Made by a program: the position numbers and the translations under genes
In this document: positions 40,254 through 51,784 of the stretch, in pieces
How positions within the stretch are numbered: the first letter of the stretch is position 1
Layout of the letters: the number at the start of each line of letters is the position of its first letter
Assembly (NCBI GenBank): GCA_050012255.1
Contig: JBEKHN010000010.1
Coordinates: 22,579 to 86,578, forward strand
Length of the DNA: 64,000 nt
Source: Candidatus Bathyarchaeia archaeon
GTDB taxonomy: Archaea; Thermoproteota; Bathyarchaeia; Bathyarchaeales; Bathycorpusculaceae
Reading direction: 5' to 3'
Notes under the pieces: generated by a model
Seen by the model: the letters and a program-made list of their open reading frames with translations, nothing else
Told to the model about the DNA's origin: nothing
Databases searched by the model: none

Positions 40254-41375
40254 TCAGAGCCTTAACCTGTGACCCTTCGGTTTCACACTCTGCTCAAATT
40301 CTCTGGCCAACTGTTCAAGTAGGGTTCTCTGTTGCTGGGTCAACTTCTCAGGGACCTCTATCTCAACTCGCACCAGCATGTCGCCCCTGCCGTACCCTCT
40401 GAACCTCGGCATGCCTTTTCCTCTCAGTCTGACTATTTCGCCTGGCTGTGTTCCAGGATGAATTGTCAAGCTCGTGTTTCCTTCAAGCGTGGGGATCGAA
40501 ACATCTGTGCCTAGGGCCGCTTGTGGGAAGCCTATTGTTAGACTGTAGAGGAGATCGTCTTCGTCTCTTTTGAAGTACGGGTGGGAGGCTATATGAATCA
40601 CAGCGTAAAGGTCCCCAGGAGATCTTGCTTCTGCAGACATTTCCCCCTCTCCTGAGAGTCTGAGCTGGTATCCTTCATCTATGCCTGAGGGCACCTTCAC
40701 GGTGATTCTTCGTTCTCTCTCTATCAAACCGTTGCCTCTACACTTTGGGCACGGTTTGTCTATGATTCTTCCTCTTCCGCTGCACGTGGGGCATGGTATG
40801 ACTCGTACAAACGTGCCGAAGGCGTTTCTCGTTGTACTCTGTACTCTTCCAGCCCCGTTGCATCTGGGGCAGGTTCTCTGCGGGGTGTTAGGAGCCGCTC
40901 CACTGCCTCCGCAGACGTCGCATTTTTCGACTCTCGAAATCTGTATGTCTTTCTCCGCGCCTCTTGCTGCCTCTTCCAGTGTGACCTCAAGATCGTATGC
41001 TAGGTCTCTGCCTCTCGTGACCCTTTCCTCAAAGTCTCCTCCGCCGAAGAAGACTCGGAAGACGTCTCCCAGACCGAAGCCGGAGCCCATGTCCCTGAAT
41101 ATGGACTCGAAGTCCGCACCCCTGAATATGTCTTCTCTAGTGTAGCGTTGGTCAAAACCTGCGTGGCCTAGTTGATTATACTGCGTACGCTTTTCGTCGT
41201 CTGATAACACGGCGTAGGCTTCGGATATTTCTTTGAACTTCTCCTCTGCGTCGGCGGCTTTGTTTCTGTCTGGGTGGTATTGCAACGCCAGCTTTCTGTA
41301 GGCATCTTTAATTTCGTCTTTAGAAGCGGTTCTGGGAACGCCGAGAACCTCGTAGTAATCTCTTTTACTGGCCAT
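40254..41375 (-). CDS. dnaJ: Chaperone DnaJ
   Basis: HPD; four CxxCxGxG repeats. Confidence 0.98.
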   Translation of the reverse strand: MASKRDYYEVLGVPRTASKDEIKDAYRKLALQYHPDRNKAADAEEKFKEISEAYAVLSDDEKRTQYNQLGHAGFDQRYTREDIFRGADFESIFRDMGSGFGLGDVFRVFFGGGDFEERVTRGRDLAYDLEVTLEEAARGAEKDIQISRVEKCDVCGGSGAAPNTPQRTCPRCNGAGRVQSTTRNAFGTFVRVIPCPTCSGRGRIIDKPCPKCRGNGLIERERRITVKVPSGIDEGYQLRLSGEGEMSAEARSPGDLYAVIHIASHPYFKRDEDDLLYSLTIGFPQAALGTDVSIPTLEGNTSLTIHPGTQPGEIVRLRGKGMPRFRGYGRGDMLVRVEIEVPEKLTQQQRTLLEQLAREFEQSVKPKGHRLRL

Positions 41376-41428
41376 CTCCTTACCATCAGACTAGTGATGC
41401 AGGTACTAGATCGGCTCGGCCTAGAACT

Positions 41429-43318
41429 CTATTTCACCTTGTAATCCTCTGAGTCGACCACTTTGTCTCCGCTTGGGCCAGGCTCTTGAGCTGCTTCTCC
41501 GCTTGGTTGTCCCGGTTGTCCTTGCTGTCCCTGCTGCTTTGCCTGTTCAGCAGCTGCCTGCTGATATATCACTGTCCCGACTTCTTGGAGTACTTTCATC
41601 AGTTCTTCAGATTTTGCCTTGATCTTGTCCGTGTCTGTTCCGGCCAGTGCGTCTTTCAGAGCCGAGACTGCAGCGTCTATCTTGTTCTTTTGTTCCTGAT
41701 TGAGTTTCTCTCCTAGGTCTTTCTTGGTTTTCTCCGCTGTGTAGATCATGTTGTCAGCGTTGTTTCTAGCCTCAGCTTCTTCACGTTTCCTCTTGTCTTG
41801 CTCGGTAAACTGCTCCGCGTCTTTGATGAGCCGCTCTTTTTCTTCTTTGGACAGCTTCGTTGAGGCGGTTATCGTTATTTTAGATTCCTTGCCCGTGCCC
41901 AGATCCTTCGCCGTCACGTTTAGTATTCCGTTCGCGTCGATGTCGAAGGTTACCTCAATCTGCGGTACACCTCTTGGAGCCGGTGGGATGCCTTCCAAAT
42001 TGAACATGCCGAGGGAAACGTTGTCAGGTGCCATTTGGCGTTCACCCTGAAGAACATGAATTGTAACAGCTGTCTGGAAGTCTGCTGCCGTCGTGAATAC
42101 TTGGCTTCGCCTCGTCGGGATCGTGGTGTTTTTCTCCATGATTCTAGTGAACACGTGGCCAAGCGTTTCAACGCCGAGTGAGAGTGGGGTAACGTCAAGA
42201 AGCAACAGGTCTTTAACCTCTCCTGTCAGCACGGCTCCCTGTATTGCTGCGCCGATTGCAACGCACTCCATCGGGTCTATGCCTCTTTCTGCTGGTTTTC
42301 CCATTATCTGCTCGACAAACCGCTGAACGTAGGGCATCCTGGTCATTCCGCCGATCAGAATTATCTTGTCTACGTCTTTTGGAGTCAGCTTCGCGTCTTC
42401 AAGGGCTTTCACCATTGTGCGCTGCGTCTTCTGGACTATCGGTTGAGCTAGGGCTTCAAGTTTAGCTCTGGACAACGTGAGGTGAAGATGTTTGGGTCCT
42501 GAGGAATCAGTGTGTAAGAATGGCAGGTCAATGTCTGTCGTCATCAGAGTTGACAACTCTATCTTTGCTTTCTCAGCAGCCTCCTTCAGCCTAGATATTG
42601 CCATTTTGTCGCCACGGAGGTCTATGCCTGTTTGTCTTTGGAACTCTTCTACGAGGAAGTCTATCACCGCTTTGTCCAAGTCTGTGCCGCCGATCTGTGT
42701 GTCTCCGCTTGTTGATAGTACTTGGAATACTCCTTTGCCGAAGTCCATAACCGTAACGTCGTGTGTGCCGCCGCCGAAGCTGAAAACAAGAATCTTCATC
42801 TCCTTCTCCAGTTTGTCAATCCCGTAGGCCAAACAGGCTGCAGTCGGCTCGTTTATTATCCTTGCAACTTCGAAGCCAGCTATCTCTCCCGCGTCTTTCG
42901 TGGCTTGACGTTGGTTATCATTGAAGTGAGCGGGGACCGTTATCACGGCCTTCCTCAGCGTTGTGGCCAAGTACGTTTCAGCGTCTTTCTTTATCTTCTG
43001 CAGTATGAAGGCAGAGATCTGCTGAGGAGTGTATTCCTTCCCCGCTATGGTTACTTTGTAGTCAGTCCCCATTTTCCTCTTTATTTCATATACCGTGCCT
43101 TCAGGATTCGCCGTCGCCTGCCTCTTAGCTGATTCTCCGACTAGAAGCGTCCCATCCTTGGTGAACGCGACGACTGAAGGAAACATCTTGCCAGCCATTG
43201 TGGGTCCTTCAGCACTCGGGATCACAGTGGCCCTTCCGCCTTCATAGATGGCGGCCGCAGAGTTTGTTGTTCCCAAGTCTATGCCCAGAATTCTTTCCCC
43301 GGGTTTCACACTACTCAT
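41429..43318 (-). CDS. dnaK: Chaperone DnaK
   Basis: [37 protein letters not shown]. Confidence 0.98.
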   Translation of the reverse strand: MSSVKPGERILGIDLGTTNSAAAIYEGGRATVIPSAEGPTMAGKMFPSVVAFTKDGTLLVGESAKRQATANPEGTVYEIKRKMGTDYKVTIAGKEYTPQQISAFILQKIKKDAETYLATTLRKAVITVPAHFNDNQRQATKDAGEIAGFEVARIINEPTAACLAYGIDKLEKEMKILVFSFGGGTHDVTVMDFGKGVFQVLSTSGDTQIGGTDLDKAVIDFLVEEFQRQTGIDLRGDKMAISRLKEAAEKAKIELSTLMTTDIDLPFLHTDSSGPKHLHLTLSRAKLEALAQPIVQKTQRTMVKALEDAKLTPKDVDKIILIGGMTRMPYVQRFVEQIMGKPAERGIDPMECVAIGAAIQGAVLTGEVKDLLLLDVTPLSLGVETLGHVFTRIMEKNTTIPTRRSQVFTTAADFQTAVTIHVLQGERQMAPDNVSLGMFNLEGIPPAPRGVPQIEVTFDIDANGILNVTAKDLGTGKESKITITASTKLSKEEKERLIKDAEQFTEQDKRKREEAEARNNADNMIYTAEKTKKDLGEKLNQEQKNKIDAAVSALKDALAGTDTDKIKAKSEELMKVLQEVGTVIYQQAAAEQAKQQGQQGQPGQPSGEAAQEPGPSGDKVVDSEDYKVK

Positions 43319-43853
43319 TTGAATTCATCTCCTCTTGTGACTTTGAAGGTTTCACCACGACCTTAACTATGCTCGGTCTAATCACCTTTTCTCTCATCGT
43401 ATAGCCCTTCCTCACTTCTTCAACTATCTTACACCCCTCGACGCCTTCCTTTTCAATTTTGGCAACAGCGTTGTGTTTTGAAGGGTCGAAAGGTTCACCT
43501 ACGCACTTTATCGGCGCGACGCCCTCGTTTTCCAAGATTTTTCGGAGCTTCTTGAGGGTCATCTCAACGCCTTGGATGAGCGCTTCCGTTGAGCCTGAAG
43601 AGCGGCCAGATTTGATGGCCAACTCCAACTCATCAACGACATCCAACAGTTCAGTTACTATGCGTTCATTAGCGTACTCCTTCACTTCGGCTATTTGCCG
43701 GTCGAACCTCTTCTTGAGATTCTCGATGTCTGCTTGGGCATACTTCAGTTGCGTGAGGTACTCTTCTGAACGCTTTTTCTCCGTTTCCAGAGCCTCTTTG
43801 AGCGATTCGATTTGTTCATCGCTCTTTGGTTGTTCTTCCTGCTCTTCGCCCAT
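43311..43853 (-). CDS. grpE: Nucleotide exchange factor GrpE
   Basis: [18 protein letters not shown]...VIRPS. Confidence 0.96.
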   Translation of the reverse strand: MGEEQEEQPKSDEQIESLKEALETEKKRSEEYLTQLKYAQADIENLKKRFDRQIAEVKEYANERIVTELLDVVDELELAIKSGRSSGSTEALIQGVEMTLKKLRKILENEGVAPIKCVGEPFDPSKHNAVAKIEKEGVEGCKIVEEVRKGYTMREKVIRPSIVKVVVKPSKSQEEMNSNE

Positions 43854-43937
43854 TTGAATAATCCCCATATAACCGGCTAGTTTTCTAGCGTATGCAAACA
43901 GAAATATATATGTTTCAGCACGCGCGTCTTCTCCCTT

Positions 43938-44411
43938 TCAAGGCTCTTCCATGGATTCGACTGTTTCTTGATACAGTTTCTGGAAATGTTCACCGAACGT
44001 TTCGTCGCCCCTCTCCTTTCTAAGGGCCAAAATCCATGGCTCCAATCTCTTCCAGTCCGCGATGATGTAAGAGCCGAGGCGGTAAACGATGATGTCGATA
44101 TCAACAAACTTTTTGACGACGAGAAAACCGACCTCCTCAAAATAGGCTTCAACCTCGTAGGGATAGTCGCTCACCTCAAAACTCTTGTCCTCTTCAGCCT
44201 TGTACTTCTCATAGTTCTCAAACTGAAACTCCTCTTCGATCCACCTGAAGGCTTTGCGAAGTCTCTCGCTCTCCGCCCACTCGAACAACTTCATAGAAAT
44301 CTCCAGGTTTCTATGCTGCTCCATGTGCCTAAGCTGAAGGAGAATGAACACTGTTGCAGACACACCGGCCAAGGCTGAAAGAATCGCAGCCCAATCAGTC
44401 AACGTCACCAT
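43938..44411 (-). CDS. Hypothetical protein with N-terminal TM (DUF4760-like)
   Basis: YFEEVGFLV...W..L...I...R...FGEHFQKL pattern. Confidence 0.7.
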   Translation of the reverse strand: MVTLTDWAAILSALAGVSATVFILLQLRHMEQHRNLEISMKLFEWAESERLRKAFRWIEEEFQFENYEKYKAEEDKSFEVSDYPYEVEAYFEEVGFLVVKKFVDIDIIVYRLGSYIIADWKRLEPWILALRKERGDETFGEHFQKLYQETVESMEEP

Positions 44412-44564
44412 ACGAATCCACAACCCGCACATACCTTGGAACAAACCGATATATTAGAGTAAAGAAACTTCTAGTACCGTTATTCTGCATTATTTGTTGC
44501 TCCTTAGCCTAAGATGCCAGAACACCTATATCACAGATGAAACACTAGTCCGCCGAGGCGAAGC

Positions 44565-45023
44565 TTGTTGACTGAGCTGAAAGTTGGCGACAAAGCTCCA
44601 GACTTCTCTCTGTTGGACGAAAAGGGTCGACCGGTGAGTCTAAAAGACTTTCTCGGAAAGAACGTCGTGGTTCTGTACTTCTATCCGAAAGACTTCACGT
44701 TCGGTTGCACCGCTGAAGCATGTAGCTTCAGGGATAATTACAAGCCTTTCGAAGAAAAGGGCGCCGTCGTGATCGGGGTCAGCGTTGACAGCGTAGAATC
44801 GCATGAGAGGTTCTCACAAAAATACAACCTGCCATTTGACATACTCAGCGACAGCAAAAAGGAAGTTGCCAAAGCCTACGGTGTCCTCGGATTCGGAGGG
44901 TTCATAACAAAAAGGGTCACCTTCATCATAAACAAAGAGGGAAGGATCACTCACATCTTCCCCAAGGTCGATGTGAAGCAACACTCCGAAGAAGTCCTGA
45001 GGGCACTCGAAGAGATTAAATAG
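44565..45023 (+). CDS. bcp: Peroxiredoxin BCP/PrxQ
   Basis: YFYPKDFTFGCTAEAC. Confidence 0.95.
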   Translation: MLTELKVGDKAPDFSLLDEKGRPVSLKDFLGKNVVVLYFYPKDFTFGCTAEACSFRDNYKPFEEKGAVVIGVSVDSVESHERFSQKYNLPFDILSDSKKEVAKAYGVLGFGGFITKRVTFIINKEGRITHIFPKVDVKQHSEEVLRALEEIK

Positions 45024-45056
45024 ACGTTGACGGATCATCTAGAGCCATCAGAGTCG

Positions 45057-46259
45057 TCACTCCAGTTTTCTGATGTGTGTGACCAGGTCGTCAGTAGTCA
45101 ATGAGCCCACATTTCCTGTCCCGTGTTTCCTAACCGACACCTTCTGCTGTTCGACTTCGCGTTTGCCGACGATTGCCATGTAGGGAACCTTTTGAACCTC
45201 TGCGCTCCTGATCTTGTAGCCGACAGTGGTCGGGCTTTCGTCAACCTCTGCTCTCACGCCGCGAGCCCTTAGCTCTGCACAAACTGCGCCAGCATACTCC
45301 AAGCAATCATCTGTCACCGGGATAACTTCAACCTGAACGGGTGCAAGCCAAGCTGGGAGGCTGCCGCCACAGTGCTCCAACAGTATCGCGAAGAACCTTT
45401 CAACAGCACCAAGTAGCACCCTGTGAATCATCATCACTCCGTGTTGCGTGTTGTCTGCGCCGACGTAGGTAACATTGAACCGCTTAGGCAGGTTGAAATC
45501 AAACTGCAACGTCGTGCACTGCCACTCCTTGCCTGCTGCGTCAACGATGTTCATGTCTATCTTCGGTCCGTAGAACACGGCTTCCCCGGGCATCTCCTGA
45601 TAGGCGATTTGCTTCTTTTCCAGCGCTTCTGAGAGAGCCTTCTGAGCATCGGTCCATTCCTTGTCTGAGCCCATGTACCGCTCAGGATGTTCTGGGTCAC
45701 GAGTCGAAAGGTAGACGCGGTGTTTCTCGAAGCCGAACTTCCGCATCACGTGTCTCGTGAAGTCGAGCAGGTTCAGGATTTCCTGTGTGACCTGTTCGGC
45801 CGTGCAGAAGATGTGCGCGTCGTCCTGCGTGAACCCTCTCACTCGCAGCAGTCCCTGCAAAGTTCCTGACCGCTCGTATCTGTACACCGTTCCCCACTCG
45901 GCGTAGCGAATCGGCAGCTCTCTGTAGCTTCTCGGCTTGCTCTTGTAGATCGCGATGTGAAGTGGACAGTTCATGGGCTTAACGACGTAGCCTTCCCCGT
46001 CCTTTTCAAACACGTACATGTTATCCTTGTAATAATCCAAATGCCCTGAGACTTGCCACAGTTCTCTGCGTGCAATGTGTGGTGTGCACACGAGCTGATA
46101 GCCGTTCTGCAGATGTTCATTCTCCCAGTAGTCTCTGATCAAGTTGCGGACAATGGTGCCGTTCGGATGCCACAGCACCAAACCACATCCAACGTCCTCG
46201 CTTATCGAAAACAGATCCAACTGTTGCCCTAGCACTCGGTGGTCTACGCTTGAAATCAC
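45057..46259 (-). CDS. thrS: Threonyl-tRNA synthetase, catalytic and anticodon-binding domains only
   Basis: DHRVLG at N-terminus, KPMNCP, YRYERSG, QDDAH, FYGPKID, HRVLLG. Confidence 0.93.
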   Translation of the reverse strand: MISSVDHRVLGQQLDLFSISEDVGCGLVLWHPNGTIVRNLIRDYWENEHLQNGYQLVCTPHIARRELWQVSGHLDYYKDNMYVFEKDGEGYVVKPMNCPLHIAIYKSKPRSYRELPIRYAEWGTVYRYERSGTLQGLLRVRGFTQDDAHIFCTAEQVTQEILNLLDFTRHVMRKFGFEKHRVYLSTRDPEHPERYMGSDKEWTDAQKALSEALEKKQIAYQEMPGEAVFYGPKIDMNIVDAAGKEWQCTTLQFDFNLPKRFNVTYVGADNTQHGVMMIHRVLLGAVERFFAILLEHCGGSLPAWLAPVQVEVIPVTDDCLEYAGAVCAELRARGVRAEVDESPTTVGYKIRSAEVQKVPYMAIVGKREVEQQKVSVRKHGTGNVGSLTTDDLVTHIRKLE

Positions 46260-46497
46260 TCTTTCCTTACACTTTTTATGCAAAACATTCGCGGGTTCTA
46301 CGGGGTGTCCACTACGCTTCAAAATGCGTTTACGGTTGTGTTTCTAAATACCCCATTTTCGAAGCACCAACCCTCAATGATAAGAACATTCTATTTAACC
46401 ATTGTTCCTGACGAGCCCGATATATTTTGCAGACTGAAATATCCCACTTATACTGAACCCTACTCTAAGTTGTTTTGAAGAAAAACAAGAATGCCGC

Positions 46498-46734
46498 ATG
46501 ATCAGAGGAACAGTAATGGCCAAATCGCTGAAATTTGTCTTCCAGTTTCCCCCAATTCACGGGATTTTCGACGCAGGTTACGGAATCGTCTACATTTTTG
46601 GTGGACTGTACGAAGGCGAGATCGAAAACATAATAGTTCATGAGACTCTGCACTACGTTCTGCTAAGGCTAGCTGGAAAAAAAGCAAGCCTGAAGCTGGA
46701 CAGGATCTACACGGAATTAGATGACACAACCTAA
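46498..46734 (+). CDS. Small HExxH-containing protein
   Basis: IIVHETLHYVL in a 78-aa ORF. Confidence 0.55.
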   Translation: MIRGTVMAKSLKFVFQFPPIHGIFDAGYGIVYIFGGLYEGEIENIIVHETLHYVLLRLAGKKASLKLDRIYTELDDTT

Positions 46735-46849
46735 AGGCACAACCTGCGTAATATCGTTTTTCTGTCATGCAAATTAGCACATGCGGTCAAACCGGCGCGG
46801 GTGCCAGAACAGAAATCGTATTATTGACGTACCCGGTTAGGAAGGTCGG

Positions 46850-48067
46850 GTGCTCAGGAACACGGGTCTATTCAAGGTCAGAAGCGAAGCAGTGAAGCCC
46901 TTTACGACGGTTTGGATCAGCCACATGCTGATCGAAGTTTTTCTTCTCATGCATCCAGCACTCGTGCCAGTTTTCATGAAGGAGTTTAGCCTGTCAGTCT
47001 TTGACGCCGGGCTAATCATAGCAGTTCCAAGCCTTTGCCGTTTGATCTTCACTTTGCCAGCCGGAATCTTTGCAGACAAGTTTGGTCAGCGGCGTCTTGT
47101 AATTCTGAGTATACTTGTGAGCGGACTAGCTGCCCTGCTTGTAAGCCAATCAACGACAGCATCACTTCTCGTTTTTTCCCTGTCCCTAATCATGATTTCC
47201 GTCACACTCTATCACCCTCCAGGGCTAAGCATTCTCCAAGGATGGTTTTCAGACCCGAAGGAAAGGAGCGCCGCCATAGGATTGCACGGAGCTTCTGGTT
47301 GCATAGGCCAATCTTTGGGAACCATTTCCCTAGGTCTGCTGTTGGTTCAGTTTGGCTGGCGTTTCTGCTACCTTCTTTTTGCAGTGCCACTCTTGGCTTG
47401 GGCCGCGATCTTGGCAAGGACAAGAACCCAGCGACTTCCAAAAAGACCACCCGAAAGCACACGAGACCCAATTAGTGCAGATGATGGGGGCGTTCACCAT
47501 AGTGCTCGCAAATCGTCCCTCATAACTCTGGGATTCATAGTTTTAATGGCTTCTATGGGATTAAACGCCTTGGCAAATGGCAGCGTAAGCGCATTCATGA
47601 CGACCTACATGACTTCGCAGCAGCACTTGGCCGTAGACATAGCAAGCATAATCTTTGGCGCCGGACCATTAGTCGGCATCGTAGGCTCACTACTGGGCGG
47701 GTACCTAAGCTCAAGGCTTGGAGAGAAGAACTCCCTCGTACTCATATACATTGGACAAGCGATATTCCTTCTTGGCCTCATAACCATTCCATTGACACCC
47801 CTCGCAATCGTCTCCTTTTTCATTTATCAACTGTTCTCGAACGCAATGTGGACGCCAGCATCGTCGATGGTTGCGTCTCTAACGGACGCGTCCAGCGGAG
47901 GAAGAGCTTACTCCCTCTATTTCCTCTCAAGTGACGGACCGGGCGCTGTCTCGCCCTTAATAGCAGCGGCCTTAATTACGAACTTTAACATTGTTTTTCC
48001 ATTCGGTTTTGCCATCATCCTGCTCGCTTCAAACGTTTTGCTGGTCCGATCGATATCGAAGAAATGA
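46850..48067 (+). CDS. MFS transporter
   Basis: GIFADKFGQRR motif A; ~12 TMs. Confidence 0.93.
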   Translation: MLRNTGLFKVRSEAVKPFTTVWISHMLIEVFLLMHPALVPVFMKEFSLSVFDAGLIIAVPSLCRLIFTLPAGIFADKFGQRRLVILSILVSGLAALLVSQSTTASLLVFSLSLIMISVTLYHPPGLSILQGWFSDPKERSAAIGLHGASGCIGQSLGTISLGLLLVQFGWRFCYLLFAVPLLAWAAILARTRTQRLPKRPPESTRDPISADDGGVHHSARKSSLITLGFIVLMASMGLNALANGSVSAFMTTYMTSQQHLAVDIASIIFGAGPLVGIVGSLLGGYLSSRLGEKNSLVLIYIGQAIFLLGLITIPLTPLAIVSFFIYQLFSNAMWTPASSMVASLTDASSGGRAYSLYFLSSDGPGAVSPLIAAALITNFNIVFPFGFAIILLASNVLLVRSISKK

Positions 48068-48177
48068 AAAATGGCGAGATCTAACAGCAAAAAAAGCCTG
48101 CGAACTGGTTGTATTTGCGTTGCTTCAGAAAGTCTGTGAAACCTAACTTTCTGCTGAACGGAGAGCCTGGGGCAAAA

Positions 48178-49530
48178 TCAATTTAAGATTCTGTACAGCG
48201 CATCCGTGAGACGTTCATACGGTCTGCCCAATAGGCTGTAAACTCTTTTCCCCACGTATTTCCGCAAATAGAACTGTGACATGCCTTTGAAAATGGCAAA
48301 CTTGAGCTTGGCCTCAGAAAAAGGAGAACGAAAGAGTAGTCTGTGCTTTATGAGATGAAACCCTTCAGGCTCCTTCCAATCGTCGGAATTCAACCTGTCT
48401 CTTACCCTTTCAAAGAGCGGTGTTCCCGGAATGGGGTAGGGAAAGGTGAAAGAGAGATAGTCCAAAGGAAGTGAAGACGCGAAATTGACGGTGTCCAGAA
48501 CTGTCTCATCGTTTTCACCAGGGTAGCCTATTATGAAAAACGCACCGACCTGAACTCCAACCCGTTTGAAAACGCAGACAGCATCCATAGCCTGTCTCGT
48601 GGTCGCCTGTTTCTTCATGATTTCGAGGACTTTTTCATTCCCAGATTCTATTCCGAAAAACACGCGAACACATCCAGCTTGCTTCATCCTCTCAGCAACT
48701 TCCAAGTCTACGGTGTCAACTCTTGACAAGCACTCCCAGCCGATGGTGATGCGTCTTCGAACCAGCTCGTCGCAAATGCTCAGCATCCTCTTTCGGTCCA
48801 GCGTGAAGCAGTCATCGGCAAACCATACCCTCTCGTAGCCGAGCTCACGGACTGCCTCAACCTCCTCAGCCACGTTGGCAGCCGTTCTCGACCTAAACCT
48901 GTTGCCAAATATCGGCCTGCTACAGAAATCACACTTGAACGGGCAGCCTCGAGAGGTTATAATCGACGTTGTCGTGTAACCGAAGTTCCTCGAATAGTAA
49001 CTCTTGTAGGCTTTGTTATCGAACAGTTCCCTGGACGGGAACGGGACATCATCAAGGTTCTCGATGAAACTCCGAGGAGAAGTTATCCTGACCTCGCCTT
49101 TTTCCTTAAACGCAATTCCCCTGACGTTCATCAGACTTGTGCCACCTTGGACTGCACGGACCAGTTCAAGCATGGTCTGTTCGCCTTCGCCGATGACCAC
49201 AACGTCAAAGGACGAGAGAAATTCTTCAGGTTCCACTGTTGGAAGTGGTCCGCCTGCAACGAGAAGTGCACAGTCTTTCTTGGCAAGTTCTGCGATTTCA
49301 AGAGCCTTTTCCTTCATCGAAAACATCACTTGCAACCCGATTATTTTCGGTCTCGAATTCCTAATCCTTTCCAACGCCTCCCCCTGGTTCATGAAGGTGC
49401 AATCGACCACCTCAACCGAGATGCCGTGACTCTTCAAATACGAAGCTATGTAGCCTAACCCCAAAGGCGGAAATCGGAAAATCGAATTATCACCCGAAGG
49501 CTGAAAATACGGATAGACCAACGTCACCAT
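48178..49530 (-). CDS. B12-binding-domain radical SAM protein
   Basis: PPLGLGYIA, GEGE, SRGCPFKCDFC, GIESG. Confidence 0.93.
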   Translation of the reverse strand: MVTLVYPYFQPSGDNSIFRFPPLGLGYIASYLKSHGISVEVVDCTFMNQGEALERIRNSRPKIIGLQVMFSMKEKALEIAELAKKDCALLVAGGPLPTVEPEEFLSSFDVVVIGEGEQTMLELVRAVQGGTSLMNVRGIAFKEKGEVRITSPRSFIENLDDVPFPSRELFDNKAYKSYYSRNFGYTTTSIITSRGCPFKCDFCSRPIFGNRFRSRTAANVAEEVEAVRELGYERVWFADDCFTLDRKRMLSICDELVRRRITIGWECLSRVDTVDLEVAERMKQAGCVRVFFGIESGNEKVLEIMKKQATTRQAMDAVCVFKRVGVQVGAFFIIGYPGENDETVLDTVNFASSLPLDYLSFTFPYPIPGTPLFERVRDRLNSDDWKEPEGFHLIKHRLLFRSPFSEAKLKFAIFKGMSQFYLRKYVGKRVYSLLGRPYERLTDALYRILN

Positions 49531-49538
49531 TGTCAACG

Positions 49539-50366
49539 TTAATGCACGTCCAGAACCTCAATCACATACTCGAAAACATCCATGCCGGGATTAACCTCGT
49601 AGTCCAAGCCAACCCAATCCAGAGAACCCTCCAGAAACTCGCGACCTCTGCGCAATACACTGTCTTCAACCCTCCACAGGCGAAAGCCAAACTCACCGTT
49701 CAGAATTTTCAGACACGCCCATTTCGCGCTTATTCCGTCCCAAGCACCTATCCCAGTGTCCACGAATTCTGCGCCCTCAGAATCTACGTATTCCCTGAAA
49801 AACTTCGACCCCTGCTCATTCAGCATGAAAATCTTCTGAAGTCCCCTCTTCTCTAAATCCCTGAAATCTGCCCTCACCACAACGCGGGGTCCATCCATCG
49901 TGTAAGTGACAACAACCTTACCCCTTGAAATTGCCTTCAAAAAAGTCGTTTGGACATCCATCTTTCCAGTCAGATCTTTCAACGTTAGAGACCGAAACCT
50001 GGGATGCCTTTGGTAAACATCCGCCAAGCGCGTGAAAAACCCTCGGGCTATTCTGTTTTCCAGCGTCACATTTCTAAACCTGTTTCTGGCAACCCTGTCC
50101 ATCACAAACTCTTTACAAACTGTGCGAGATCCATCACCCCGAGAAACATCCACCTTTGAAGACCCTGAAAAATACGTTTCGTCTGAATAGACGAGAACAG
50201 GAACCCCGAAACCTGTTCCTTCCCCAACCGTCTCTGTCCCGTTGTAGACGAGGATCAAGCCCTTCTACAAATCACCTATCTTCCAGTTGTGCGGTTCCGT
50301 GCTTGAATAGATCCGGAAAGACGCGGAACTTGAAAGAGGAAAAGTGTGCATTCCTGCTTGGGACAA
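49539..50366 (-). pseudogene. Hypothetical gene upstream of the radical SAM gene, with in-frame TAG at codon 34
   Basis: TTG 50366 ... PHNWKIGDL*KGLILVYNG; TAG at 50265-50267. Confidence 0.6.
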
Positions 50367-50530
50367 GTTGAGATCAGACTTCCAAACGTGAGGCAAGCTT
50401 GAAGACAATCAAAAACCACTTATCCTCGATATTAGACGCCTCAATCCCCAATTAGCCGTGCCCATTCTTTAGTTTTAATACTCTGTGCAAAGGTCGGGTT
50501 TCGGTCAGACTGCAAGACGCGTGCGCCATT

Positions 50531-50924
50531 TCACTTCTTAAAAAACTCCTTCAAGGGCTCCCAGTAAAATTCATTCCAACCTTGCGCAACGTCTTCAGCC
50601 TGTTCAGCAGGAACCCCAGAATGAACCATCGAGATCTCGGTGCCTTCTTCTGTCTTCCTAAGAGTTAACTCCAGTCTGGAAGGAGGAAAACCTTTGGGCC
50701 ATTCTGTCGTCAGCCACTCCTGCACTATCCTCTTTCCCTTCTTCAGCTCCAAGTTTTTTCCTGATATGTAGCCATCCCAAGCTGTAAACTCTCCGCCGAT
50801 CTCGAGATCGAAGGTTGCCCTGCTACCGGTGAACTTAATGTTTCTTCGGGTCAACAAAAGCCTCATAAACCTCATTTGGCGTGGCAGGAATTGCCACCCT
50901 CTGCCGTATCGTCTTGCCCTTCAT
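50531..50924 (-). pseudogene. SRPBCC/Aha1-like protein, frameshifted
   Basis: MKGKTIRQRVAIPATPNEVYEAFVDPKKH then frame change ~50836 to KFTGS...GGEFTAWDG...GWNEFYW. Confidence 0.8.
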
Positions 50925-51080
50925 ATCGTCACACACCCGTATTGAACCAATAGGTTTCTTTGCACCATAAAGCAATATACGTAATAAATCTTCGTGGCCT
51001 CTAGATTAAGGATCAGACGTCTGTATGGTAAGCGCTGCCCTTCTCCCGTTGGAAGCCAGATTCATCCTGAACACACGAGC

Positions 51081-51584
51081 TCAGTAGACTGCAACGATCT
51101 TTCCAAAGTATATCGTGTGATAGTCGCCACGCGGATAGAAGGTCTTCTTGACGTTTGCAGGAACTAAACCTGGAACAACCTCAAGCTTGTGCATGACCCG
51201 ACACTCATAGTGTACCTTGCACTCCTTGATCACAGGCACCCGTACCTTCTTGCCCTTCAGTAAACTCAGTTTGCACTCCGCAAACTTGTCGTGCTTCCTT
51301 CCTGACACTTTGCCACAGTACTCAACACAATCATCCATGCCCTCGCCGGGAACATTCACTGTAAACTCGCCGCTCTCTTCGATAAACTCGTGACTGAACC
51401 GCGAAGGCCTCACGGCCACCATAAAAACTGGCATCCTCCAGAAAACGCCCACGAGCCCCCAACCAACCGTCATCACATTGTTCTTTCCATCTTTCTTCGC
51501 ACTCACCAAAAGCAACCCAGGATCTTCCATTCTCCTCATCGTCTTTACAACATGCTTCTCGAATTGTGGATTCATGCTAATCAA
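51081..51584 (-). CDS. Flavin reductase-like protein
   Basis: NVMTVGWG, EFTVN, SGRKHDK, HTIYFG. Confidence 0.92.
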   Translation of the reverse strand: MISMNPQFEKHVVKTMRRMEDPGLLLVSAKKDGKNNVMTVGWGLVGVFWRMPVFMVAVRPSRFSHEFIEESGEFTVNVPGEGMDDCVEYCGKVSGRKHDKFAECKLSLLKGKKVRVPVIKECKVHYECRVMHKLEVVPGLVPANVKKTFYPRGDYHTIYFGKIVAVY

Positions 51585-51784
51585 TGACGAAGCCTAAGTC
51601 TAAAATGATTTGCTCTCTCAAATGATTCGACCGGTTTTTCAGACCACGCTTCTCATGTCGAGCGCGTGTGCGAGTGGTGGAAACCCCTGTCTCCTCGGGT
51701 TCAACATGTGATCCAAATATTATCTAGGACGCATGAGAAGCCGGGTGAAATGGATTGGGCAAGGCACGGGGCAGAATAGAGGTA

